Source of the DNA: an uncultured Acidobacteriota bacterium
GTDB lineage: Bacteria; Acidobacteriota; Thermoanaerobaculia; Gp7-AA8
NCBI GenBank assembly: GCA_963741955.1
Contig: CAVUKB010000005.1
Location: 1,216,001-1,280,000, forward strand
Direction: 5' to 3'
DNA: 64,000 nt
How positions within the stretch are numbered: the first letter of the stretch is position 1; each line of letters begins with the position of its first letter. The translations under genes and the position numbers were made by a program. Shown piece after piece: positions 28,325-37,900 of the stretch. The notes under the pieces were generated by a model. That model had not been told where the DNA came from, searched no databases, and saw only the letters and a list, made by a program, of their open reading frames with translations.

Positions 28325-28837
28325 GTGAAAGTCCTCGAGACCGAGCGCCTCATTCTGCGGAGGCTGCGGATGAGTGACGCGAAGTTCGTCAGGCGCCTCC
28401 TCAACGAGCCCTCGTTCATCCGATACATCGGCGACCGCGGAGTGCGGACGCTGGAGGACGCACGCGGCTACATCCGGCGTGGTCCTGTGGCGAGCTACCG
28501 GCGCCGCGGTTTCGGGCTGCTGCGTGTGGAGTTGAAGGAGAGCGGCGAACCGATCGGCATATGCGGCCTCGTCGAACGGGAAGCGCTGCCGGATCTGGAC
28601 ATCGGCTTCGCGTTCCTGCCGGAGCACTGGCGCAAGGGCTACGCCTGTGAGTCCGCCGCTGCCGTTCTGGCGTGGGGCCGAGACGTTCTGGCGCTCGACC
28701 GGGTCCTCGCGATCGTGCAACCCGACAACGAGGGATCGATCCGAACGCTCCGGAAGCTCGGGATGCAGTTCGAACGGATGATCCGCCTCTCCCCGGAGGA
28801 GCCGGAACTGCAGCTCTTCGGGATCCGCATGTCGTGA
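28325..28837 (+). CDS. GNAT N-acetyltransferase (RimJ/RimL type)
   Basis: LETERLILRR, DIGFAFLPEHWRKGYACE and PDNEGSIRTLRKLGM motifs. Confidence 0.9.
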   Translation: MKVLETERLILRRLRMSDAKFVRRLLNEPSFIRYIGDRGVRTLEDARGYIRRGPVASYRRRGFGLLRVELKESGEPIGICGLVEREALPDLDIGFAFLPEHWRKGYACESAAAVLAWGRDVLALDRVLAIVQPDNEGSIRTLRKLGMQFERMIRLSPEEPELQLFGIRMS

Positions 28838-28914
28838 CCGCGAGTCGGATCGGTAGATCCGAACCCTGGAGGCGCTCGCCGACGGGACGCGCGCGTCCGT
28901 TCAGCCCGTTCTCC

Positions 28915-30387
28915 TCACGGCTGCGCGATCGCCGAAGGAAGTTTGACCGGCATTCCTGCCGGCGGAGGCGTGGTCGGGTCGAAGCCGTTGATGTTCGCTA
29001 CCGCTTTCGCGTCCTTCGGGTTGCCCGTCGCGGCGCGGGCGAGGTCGCTCCAGCTCTCGCCACGTCGCACGTTCCGGACATCGAGACGCGGAGGGGCGAC
29101 CGCCCGGGCCTTCGTCAGGTCTTCGGTCGTATTCTCGAGAATCGTGCCGAGAGGGCTCTGCGTTCGCGAGACTCCTCCCGGTGTGATGAACATGAAGACC
29201 GCGACGTGGTCACCGTGGGGGAACTGCGTGGTCTCGACGCCCACCGGCCCGCTTTGGGTCTGACCGGTCCAGACGTCGATCGGGAACCGCTGGCCCGAGC
29301 GCGTCGACGCCTCCCGGGAGCCGACGTAACGCAGACCCATCTGCTGGAGCTTGGAGCGGATCGCGTCCTGCGCGTTCCGTCCCTGCAGATTCTTGTTCTC
29401 GACTTCCTGAGCCACGAAATTCGCTCCGGAGCGATTCGAATTCGGCTCCATGGCGAAGAGCAGGCCGGGTTGCGTCACCGGCTGCCATCCGGAAGGTGCG
29501 CGAATGATCAGGCCGTGCTCGCGGTCGTAGATCGTGCCGTCGCGGATCACCACTCGCTGGGTGCTGTTGCCGGTGATGATTCCGTCCACGAGAGGCACAT
29601 ACCGCGCGCGGACCGGTTCGTCATAGTTTCCGATTCCCTCGGCTCGGAGCTGCTGGACTTCATTTTTCACGTCGCGAACGCGTTTGGCCGGATCGGGATG
29701 GGACGCGAAGTAGCGGTCGACCGGTGAGCTGGGACCGGTATCCATTCGCGCGAGCGTCATCAGCATCCGTTCCGATCCGATGGGGTTGAATCCGGACTCG
29801 GCGACGTACTTCGTGCCGATCCGATCGGCCTGAGACTCCTGCGAGCGCGAGTACTTCTGAAACAGGAGCTGCAACCCGACTTGAGCAAGCTGCCCGTACT
29901 GCTGCGCCGCCTCGGGTCCCGCGACGACGGCGCCGAGCACGAGGCCGAACTGCGCGAGCTGGCTCCGCGAGATCTGCTCGGCTGCATGCCGCGCGGTGAC
30001 GTGAGTGATCTCGTGTCCGAGGACTCCCGCCAGCTCGTCATCCGAGTTGATCCGCTCGAGCATTCCGCGGGTGATGTAGACGTAGCCCCCCGGGAGCGCC
30101 ATCGCATTGACCATCGGCGTGTCGAGAATCGTGAAATGCCACGGAAGATTGGGCCGGTCGGAGTTCGCTGCGAGTCTGGCCCCGACTTCCTGAACCCGGC
30201 GCGTGAGCTCGGGCTTTTCGGTGTAGACGCCGAATTCCTGCTCGACCTGCTGATGGGCCTGGCGGCCGATGGCGATCTCCTGCTGCTCGGAGACGATGTT
30301 GAATTCACGCTTACCCGTCGCGGGGTTGGTGCTGCAGCCGGCCACCACGACGAGAGCGAGCAGTAAAGTGAGTGAACGTTTTTTCAT
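28915..30387 (-). CDS. M48 family metalloprotease lipoprotein with C-terminal LysM-like segment
   Basis: Lipobox VAGC, then STNPATG. NAMALPGG, ELAGVLGHEITH, ESQAD and SHP motifs. C-terminal VRRGESWSDLA...ANING. Confidence 0.92.
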   Translation of the reverse strand: MKKRSLTLLLALVVVAGCSTNPATGKREFNIVSEQQEIAIGRQAHQQVEQEFGVYTEKPELTRRVQEVGARLAANSDRPNLPWHFTILDTPMVNAMALPGGYVYITRGMLERINSDDELAGVLGHEITHVTARHAAEQISRSQLAQFGLVLGAVVAGPEAAQQYGQLAQVGLQLLFQKYSRSQESQADRIGTKYVAESGFNPIGSERMLMTLARMDTGPSSPVDRYFASHPDPAKRVRDVKNEVQQLRAEGIGNYDEPVRARYVPLVDGIITGNSTQRVVIRDGTIYDREHGLIIRAPSGWQPVTQPGLLFAMEPNSNRSGANFVAQEVENKNLQGRNAQDAIRSKLQQMGLRYVGSREASTRSGQRFPIDVWTGQTQSGPVGVETTQFPHGDHVAVFMFITPGGVSRTQSPLGTILENTTEDLTKARAVAPPRLDVRNVRRGESWSDLARAATGNPKDAKAVANINGFDPTTPPPAGMPVKLPSAIAQP

Positions 30388-30558
30388 CTCATCCTCGTGC
30401 CCGCCATACGGTGCAACTGAAGTGCCGGAGAGGAGATGCGCTCCTCGAAATGCCTTCGTCCCGGCCCTTCCGCTGCTCGCAAAGCGGGAGCTCGGCGATG
30501 CGGACCCTCTCCCGAGGGGACTCCTGGCCCGCAGCAGGGACGGCGTGAGCAATCCGGG

Positions 30559-31065
30559 CTAATCGTTGGGGCGCCGGTACTCGCCGCTCTTCCCGCCCGA
30601 TTTCCGTTCGAGCTGGATGCGTTCGATCACGATCCCTTTTTCGACCGACTTGCACATGTCGTAGATGGTCAGCGCGGCCACCGAGCAGGCAGTCATCGCT
30701 TCGATCTCGACCCCCGTACGCGCTTCGCAACGGACGGTGGCTTCGACCGCGATCACGCCGGCGGCGTCGTCGACGGCGAATGAGACGTCGATCGAATCGA
30801 GCGGCAGCAGATGCGTCAGAGGAATCAGCGACGGAGTCCGCTTTGCGGCGAGGATCCCGGCGACCTTTGCGACCGCGAGCACATCGCCCTTCGGAAGCGC
30901 CTTCCGCTGCAGCAGCTCGATCGTCTCCCGGGAGAGACGAACGCGCGCCGACGCCACGGCTTCTCGCCGTGAGACCGGCTTGGCGCCCACGTCGACCATG
31001 GAGAGATTCCCATCCGCATCGAGGTGGCTCAACTCTGCCGGTTGCCGTTTACGTGAGCGGTTCAT
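30559..31065 (-). CDS. moaC: Cyclic pyranopterin monophosphate synthase
   Basis: LSHLD...MVDV, KGDVL, AAKRTPSLIPLTH, TGVEIEA, LTIYDMCK and KSGGKSG motifs. Confidence 0.95.
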   Translation of the reverse strand: MNRSRKRQPAELSHLDADGNLSMVDVGAKPVSRREAVASARVRLSRETIELLQRKALPKGDVLAVAKVAGILAAKRTPSLIPLTHLLPLDSIDVSFAVDDAAGVIAVEATVRCEARTGVEIEAMTACSVAALTIYDMCKSVEKGIVIERIQLERKSGGKSGEYRRPND

Positions 31066-31639
31066 GTTCCCTCCGAAGTTTTTCGAGATCCTCGAGTGTA
31101 TTGACGTTCCGGAGCGGCTCGCCCGGAAAGAGGCGGCGCAGTTGGATCTCGTCGACCGTTTCGATCCCCGGCTCCTCGAGCAATCCGCGCAGCCGGTAGT
31201 CTGTGCGTGCGATCCGCTCCCGTAGAACGCAGGCGAGAGTTCTCGCATATCCGGCGCAGAGCATCTGGGGAGCCCCGTTCCAGAACGGGATCAGTGCGCG
31301 TGCCGATGACCGAGTGAATCTCTCTGCCAGCTCACGCAGAAGAGCCGGGGTCACCAGTGGAAAGTCCACCGCGAGGATCCAGCAGCGATCTCCCCCCTCG
31401 TCTTCGAGGGCTCGGAGAAGACCGAAAACCGAGGCGCGCTCCTGGTGAGGGAAATCGAAAATGGTCCGCCAACGCGACTCGGCGGTTCCGCCCGGAGCTG
31501 CGACGAGCGTCACGTGGTCGAAAACCTGATCCGCTGCCGCGGCGACCCGATCGAGAAAGCTCCTCCCGTCGAGGAGCAGCTCCTGTTTCGGAGATCCCAT
31601 TCGAGAGGAGAGTCCGCCGGTCAGGACATAGCAGTCCAT
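31049..31639 (-). CDS. mobA: Molybdenum cofactor guanylyltransferase
   Basis: VLTGGLSSRMGSPK, LAVDFP and NVNTLEDL motifs. Adjacent to moaC. Confidence 0.85.
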   Translation of the reverse strand: MDCYVLTGGLSSRMGSPKQELLLDGRSFLDRVAAAADQVFDHVTLVAAPGGTAESRWRTIFDFPHQERASVFGLLRALEDEGGDRCWILAVDFPLVTPALLRELAERFTRSSARALIPFWNGAPQMLCAGYARTLACVLRERIARTDYRLRGLLEEPGIETVDEIQLRRLFPGEPLRNVNTLEDLEKLRREHEPLT

Positions 31640-31642
31640 CTC

Positions 31643-31660
31643 GCGGATGGTACCATCCGC
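31643..31660. promoter_or_regulatory. Perfect 18-bp palindrome; putative bidirectional extended -10 promoter
   Basis: GCGGATGGTACCATCCGC contains TGgTACCAT on both strands, each ending 7 nt before a divergent ATG. Confidence 0.7.
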
Positions 31661-31663
31661 CCG

Positions 31664-32338
31664 ATGCGAAGAAGCGTGGCGGTCGTCATTCCGGCGAAGA
31701 ATGAAGCGCTGCGCGTTTCGGCGTCGATCGCGTCGGCGTTCAGCGCCGGCGCGAACGAGGTGATCGTCGTCGACGGAGGGAGCGGCGACACCACTCGTGA
31801 CGTCGCCGCCGCCGCTGGCGCACGTGTCCTCCTCGCGCCTTCCATGAGATCGGTTCAGATGAACGAAGGCGCCCGCGCGACCACTTGCGAGGTGATCATC
31901 TTTCTTCACGCCGATACGATCCTTCCGGAGAATGCGGTCGAAGCGGTGGCCGACGCGGTCGCGACCGGTTTCAGTTTTGGCGGATTTCAACTGGAGTTCA
32001 TCGAGGACGATCCGAAACTGCGGCTCGCGGCTGCGATGATCAACTTCCGGACCCGCATCACCGGCCGCCCCTGGGGCGATCAGGCCCAGTTCGTCGACCG
32101 GCGCACGTTCCTCGAGTCGGGAGGGTTTCGTCCGATTCCGATCATGGAGGATTACGAGCTCGCGGGGCGGATGAAGCGCTCACAGAGAACGGTCGTGCTG
32201 GATTCCCTGGTACGGACGTCGGGGAGGAGGTTTCTGGAGAAGGGGCTTCTCAGGACCTCCTACGTCAATTGGAAGATCATTGCCGGATGGCATCTCGGCC
32301 GTTCGCCGGAGCAACTCGCCGCGCTCTACCGTCGATGA
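31664..32338 (+). CDS. GT2 glycosyltransferase, TIGR04283-type (associated with ArsS systems)
   Basis: VIPAKNE, VDGGSGD, FLHADT, WGDQAQFV, IPIMEDYEL and TSGRRF motifs. Confidence 0.85.
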   Translation: MRRSVAVVIPAKNEALRVSASIASAFSAGANEVIVVDGGSGDTTRDVAAAAGARVLLAPSMRSVQMNEGARATTCEVIIFLHADTILPENAVEAVADAVATGFSFGGFQLEFIEDDPKLRLAAAMINFRTRITGRPWGDQAQFVDRRTFLESGGFRPIPIMEDYELAGRMKRSQRTVVLDSLVRTSGRRFLEKGLLRTSYVNWKIIAGWHLGRSPEQLAALYRR

Positions 32339-34719
32339 GTGGAAAGGCTGGTCCTGCCGGACGAGACGCTGGGAGCCGCCCACGCCCGCCGGTCCAGACT
32401 CAGGAAGGACGAGAAGAGCACTTCCGACAGTGGACGACTGACCCCATATCCCTGAACGAGCCAGCAGCCTCTCTCGGCGAGGAAAGCAACCTGCTCCGGG
32501 GTCTCCACTCCTTCCGCAATCACGTTCAGGTTCATCGCTCGAGCCATGGCGATGATCGCGGAGACGATGGCCGAATCGTTCGACTCGGAGAAGATCCCGT
32601 GCACGAAGCTCCGGTCGATCTTGATCGTGTCGATCGGAAAACGCCGGAGATAAGTGAGCGACGAATACCCGGTACCGAAATCGTCGATGGCCAGACTGAC
32701 GCCGAGATCCTTCAGGTCGTTGAGAGTGGCGAGAGTCCGATCGGCGTTCTGCAGTGCCACGCTCTCGGTCAGCTCCAGCTCGACCAGGTGAGGATCGAGT
32801 CCCGATTCGCGGAGTGCCTCTTCGACGGTGCGAAAGAAGAATTTCTCCTGAATCTGATGGGCCGACAGATTGATCGCGACCTTGCACGGGATCGGTGAGC
32901 TCGCGCTCCACTCCCTCGCCGCACGACACGCCTCCCGGAGCGCCCATTCTCCCAGAGGAAGAATCAGCCTGGCGTCTTCCGCCACCAGCAGGAACTCATC
33001 GGGAGTCAGGAGGCCCTGATCCGTCTGCCAGCGCAACAGAGCCTCGGCGCTCACGATCCGATCGGTCCTCACGTCGAGGACGGGCTGGAAATGGAGGACG
33101 AACTCCTGATTGTCCACCGCACGACGAAGACGGTTCACGAGCGAGAGCCGCTCGATCGCTTCGGTCGTCGCCGGTCCCGACCACTGGTAGTTGTTCTTCC
33201 CGAGACTCTTCGCGACATACATCCCGGTCTCGCTACTCTTGATCAGCGAGGCCGCGTCTTCTCCGTGATTCGGAAAGACGGCGATGCCGAGGCTGCCGGT
33301 GAGGTACACCTCGTCCGACTCGACCGGGTAACTGTGCGCGACGGCCTCCAGAATTTTCTGAGCGACGATCTCACCATCACTCGGCTTGCCGAGGTCGGCG
33401 AGAATCAGGAACTCGTCCCCTCCCGGTCTCGAGACGAGGTCGTTCTCCCGAAGCGCGGATCGGAGGACCGTGGCGACGGCCTGGAGCAGATCGTCGCCGG
33501 TGGCGTGCCCCATCGATTCGTTGATGAGCTTGAACCCGTCGAGGTCGAGGCAGAACACCGCGACCGTCCTCTTGCGCCCGGGCATCTCGGCGATCGCTTC
33601 GTCGACGCGATTCCGGAACATCACCCGATTCGGCAGTCCCGTCAGCGCGTCATGATAGGCCTGATACTGGATCTGCTCCGCTCTCTTCCGGTCGGTGATG
33701 TCCGATGCGACGTAGGTCATGCCGACCGGAACCCCGTCGGCATCACGAAGCATCGACGCGGAGACGCTGACCTCGACCGGGTGCCGGTCCTTTCGCAGCC
33801 ACAACATCGCGCGATCGCGGATCGAGCTTCCACGCATCAGAGTGTCGGATGCGCGGCCGAGGTTGAAAGGAGATTCCACGATGCGCCGGAGAGGCTCGCC
33901 TTTGAGTTCCCCTTCGTCGTATCCGAGCATTTCGAGAACCGAGTGATTGATCAGTTGGATCCGGCCATCGAGATCCGTCACGACCAGAGGCACCTGCATC
34001 GCCTGGAGAATCTCGGTCGCTGTCACGTGCGGCGAGAAGTCGGTCATTCGGAACCGCCATTCGGCGCGGACCGCGAGAACCACGAACCCACCGATCGCGA
34101 CATACCCGAACGGGTACAACGGAAATCCGAATGAAGGGATGAGATCGACCAGAGCGAGATATCCGACCGCGAACGCGATGGCGAAGGCCTCGACGCGCCG
34201 GCGCTGTGCGAGGGACGACGCGCTTCGCGAATGCACCACCAGAAGCCGGAACGCTGCAGCGAGCGCGCCGAACGAGAAGAGAAGGAAAGGAATGCTGCTC
34301 GCGCCGAGCCGTGGATAGTAGCCCCACCAGAACCTGCGCACTCCGTAGACGAACATCGACGTGGAGCTCATCGTCGCGGCAAAGAACGCCGCGACTCCCC
34401 AGAGCGCGAGAACCATCCTCCGGCGCTCCCGCGATACGCCGATAAGCGCGGCGGCGAAGTGATACACCGCGGCCGGGATCAGCGGGATGGAGAGGAATGC
34501 GATCCGGCTCCACATCAATGCTGTGATCGCGAACCGACTCGAATAGACGAGAGACACCGACAGGAGCCAGTGCGCCACGCCGAGACAGATCAGAGAAAAG
34601 AGCGGCCCGAGACCCGAATCGCGTTCCCGGTAGAAGACGATCGATCCCAGGAGCAGAACGGCGATTGCCGTCACCACAGTCGGCAGGGCGAAGCCGTTTG
34701 CGAAATACTCTTCGATCAC
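32326..34719 (-). CDS. 7TM-PAS-GGDEF-EAL diguanylate cyclase/phosphodiesterase
   Basis: Hydrophobic N-terminal region, PAS (DITDRK), HDALTGLPNR, GGDEF, EALLRW and IDDFGTGYSSL motifs. AAGGGGAG RBS before GTG. Confidence 0.93.
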   Translation of the reverse strand: MIEEYFANGFALPTVVTAIAVLLLGSIVFYRERDSGLGPLFSLICLGVAHWLLSVSLVYSSRFAITALMWSRIAFLSIPLIPAAVYHFAAALIGVSRERRRMVLALWGVAAFFAATMSSTSMFVYGVRRFWWGYYPRLGASSIPFLLFSFGALAAAFRLLVVHSRSASSLAQRRRVEAFAIAFAVGYLALVDLIPSFGFPLYPFGYVAIGGFVVLAVRAEWRFRMTDFSPHVTATEILQAMQVPLVVTDLDGRIQLINHSVLEMLGYDEGELKGEPLRRIVESPFNLGRASDTLMRGSSIRDRAMLWLRKDRHPVEVSVSASMLRDADGVPVGMTYVASDITDRKRAEQIQYQAYHDALTGLPNRVMFRNRVDEAIAEMPGRKRTVAVFCLDLDGFKLINESMGHATGDDLLQAVATVLRSALRENDLVSRPGGDEFLILADLGKPSDGEIVAQKILEAVAHSYPVESDEVYLTGSLGIAVFPNHGEDAASLIKSSETGMYVAKSLGKNNYQWSGPATTEAIERLSLVNRLRRAVDNQEFVLHFQPVLDVRTDRIVSAEALLRWQTDQGLLTPDEFLLVAEDARLILPLGEWALREACRAAREWSASSPIPCKVAINLSAHQIQEKFFFRTVEEALRESGLDPHLVELELTESVALQNADRTLATLNDLKDLGVSLAIDDFGTGYSSLTYLRRFPIDTIKIDRSFVHGIFSESNDSAIVSAIIAMARAMNLNVIAEGVETPEQVAFLAERGCWLVQGYGVSRPLSEVLFSSFLSLDRRAWAAPSVSSGRTSLSTHRR

Positions 34720-34923
34720 CGATCTCCCCTTCCCGATCGCATCCGGGGCCGGGCCCCCTAAAAGGCTCTGGCACGCCGTCCTGCCGGCAGCGCGAACCTC
34801 GACCATTGTTCAACACATGTATGGCGAATGCAAAAGCTTGCCGCGCGGAGTGATTCCGGATATCCGGGATTTCCCCCTCCGGAACTCCTTCACCGCAAGA
34901 CGTGAACGGCGTATATTCGAACG

Positions 34924-37900
34924 ATGCGCTCGAGCTTGGAGCCGTCCCCGCTCCGATGGCGGATGCTCCTCCTTCCCATCGCGGTTCTCTGGCTCTCGGC
35001 TGGCACCATGTCGGCGCAGGAGCTCCCGTTCCGGCATTTCACCCCCGACCGCGAAATGTCACCCCTCCCGTCTGCGAGCGTCCAGAAGGTGTATCAGGAC
35101 CGCCTCGGTTACATCTGGTTCAGCTTCTTCTCTTCCGGCCTCGCACGCTACGACGGCCATTCCCTGGAGCTCTACGACGGGAGCAGCAATCTGCCCGACC
35201 TGACGATACGGGAGCTGACCGAAGGTAAGGATGGGAGGCTCTGGGTGGGAACGGATGCCGGCCTCGCGGTCTCGGACCGCCCGCTCGGCCAGTATCCCCC
35301 GGGCGCAAAGGTGAAGTTCGTAACCACCGTCGGCGGCACACACCTGACGGAGAGCGCGGTGCGCCGCTCCTGTCTGCGAGTCTCGCCCGCCGGTGACGTC
35401 ATGGTCGGAACCGACGAGGGGATCTTCCGCTACTCGTGGACTTCGAACGGCCTGCTCACCGCCGAGCTGTTTCGTACGGAGATGCTGGAGCCCGGGAGGA
35501 ACGAAGGAATCACCTGCATGCTCTTCCGCCGCACCGGCGAATTCTGGGTCGCGCTCAGCTCCGGCGAGATTCTGATCTACGACACGGTCGCCCTCGCGAA
35601 TCAGCGGCCGCCCCGGATTCTCTCCTCGGTGGATGGACTGCCAGAATCGGTCGTCACCGCGCTCTACGAGACGGAGGACGGTACTCTGTACGGAGGATGC
35701 ACCAACGGAGAGGTCTGGGAGGTGCAGCCATCCGACAGGCCGACCTTCCGCATCGTCAGCCGGGAGCTCTCGACGCGGATCGTGGCGATCGTAAGCTCGA
35801 GAGACGGCGATCTCTGGATCGCCAGCCTCGGCTCGGGAGCGGTGAAAATCCCCCCCGGCAACGCTCCACACGTCCTGATCACCCGCCGGGCAGGCCTGAT
35901 CAGCGACACCCTCTGGAGTCTGCTGGCGGATCGCGAGGGGAATCTCTGGTTCGCTCAGAACGGTGGAGTCTCCCGACTCAAAGCCGACTACTCGGCATAT
36001 GGTGCATGGACCGCCCGCTCGTACACCGGCGAGAAACCGGTCCTGACCGACCCGAACACGTTCGCGGTGATTCCCCCCACCACGGCGAAACAGGGGATGA
36101 ATTCGTGGACCTGGGTCGGCACCGGCGGCGGCGTCACCGCGATCGACTCCGACGGCTCCGCAGAGACGTTCACCAGAGCGGAAGGGCTGGAGAGCTCGTC
36201 CGTCTACGCTCTCGGCGAGGATCGAGCCGGAACGATCTGGATCGGAGGCGTCGGCGGCCTCGCGTCGCTGACTCCCGAAGGCGCTCGTCCCCCTGCGCCG
36301 CTCGGGATGTCACGGGCCCGCCAGGTGATGCTGCTCGGGAGGAAGTTCGAAGCGCGCCGATACGACGCTGGGAAGACCTACTTCGTCCTCTCCCACTCCG
36401 TCGGATCGCCGCCTGAAGGGACGGCGGCAGTCGGAGCAACTTGGTTCGCGGAATCACGCGGCGTTGCGGCCCTGGTCGGAGATCGGTGGTATCTCTTCTC
36501 CCAGCGCTCGGGACTCCCTCGATCCGGCGCGTTGAGCGTGGCCTTCGACGAATCCGGATATCTGTGGGTCTCGTCCCGCGACAGTGGAATCTATCGGACC
36601 ATCCGACCCCTCACTCCGGAGCAGCTGTCTGCTGCTCCACCGGCAGACGGAGCAACGCTGACCGAGATCAGGCAACCGCTTTTCGAGCCCTTCTGGTCGA
36701 AGCGGGACGGGGCGCCGACCAATGCCGTGCACAGCCTCCTCTGGGCGGCGGGAAGAATGTGGGCGGGAACGTCGGCCGGTCTCGCCGTCTTCGAGAGCAA
36801 CAGCCGGAGACCGTCGGCCATACTCGGACCGGAGAACGGTCTCGGTGGCGGGAACGTGATCTCGCTCGCATTCGATGAGGGTCGTGGCGTCCTCTGGGTC
36901 GCTCAGAACCAGGGGCTCGCGCAGGTCGACCCGACCTCATTGAGCGTTCGCAGAATCATCGGCTCGCAGGATGGACTCCTCGACAACGAATCGTGGGGCT
37001 ACGGGTCCGTCGCCGTGTCGCATGACGGTACGGTATACATCGCCACGCCCAAAGGGCTCTCGTGGTTTCATCCACAACTCGCGAGGGTGAATCTCGTTCC
37101 TCCGGTTCTCCAGTTCCGGCGATTCGAACTGCACGACCGCCCGAGCGGCAACAACGATCTCGAGATCGAGTACGCAGCTCTCACTTTCTCGAATGAGCGC
37201 CGGGTGAGATACAGGACACGCCTGGTCGGGTACGACTCCGACTGGTCGGAGCCCACGCGGGAGGTCAAGCTGCGTTACACCAACATCCCGGCGATCCTGT
37301 TTCGCAAGAGCTACACGTTCGAGGTGATGGCGTGCAACGGCGACGGAATCTGGACGCCACGTCCCATGACCCGGACGTTTTCCGTCCTTCCTCCGATCTG
37401 GAGCCGTTGGTGGTCGTGGCTGATCTATCTGGGCCTCCTCGGAGTCGCAGTCCAGATAGGACATCGTGTACGAACGGCGCAACTGAAGAACCGGACCGGG
37501 ATCCTGGAAGAGCTGGTCAGTGTTCGCACCTCGGAGATCGCCGCGCAGGCCGAGGAGCTCGACACCCTCGACAGAATCGTTCAGGCGATCAATCGGGAAG
37601 TCAATCTGGAAGCGCTTCTTCGCGCTCTTCTCGAACAGGGTCAGATCCTCTTCCCTCAGGCGGAGAAAGGCGCGTTCGTCATTCTCGATCGGGACCGCAA
37701 CCGCTGCGAGATCGCCGCGGTCACGGGCTATGACTCCGGAATCACCCGCGAGATCGGGCTCTCACTGGAAGAAGCGGTCGTCCGGTACGCGAAGAGTGGA
37801 GAGAAGCTGGGCGAAGGCGTGTATCTGGTCAAGGAGTTCGGAGCTCTCGCCGGAGAGCAGAAGATGAGGCAGATTCCCAGACCGCGCTCGATGCTGGCGA

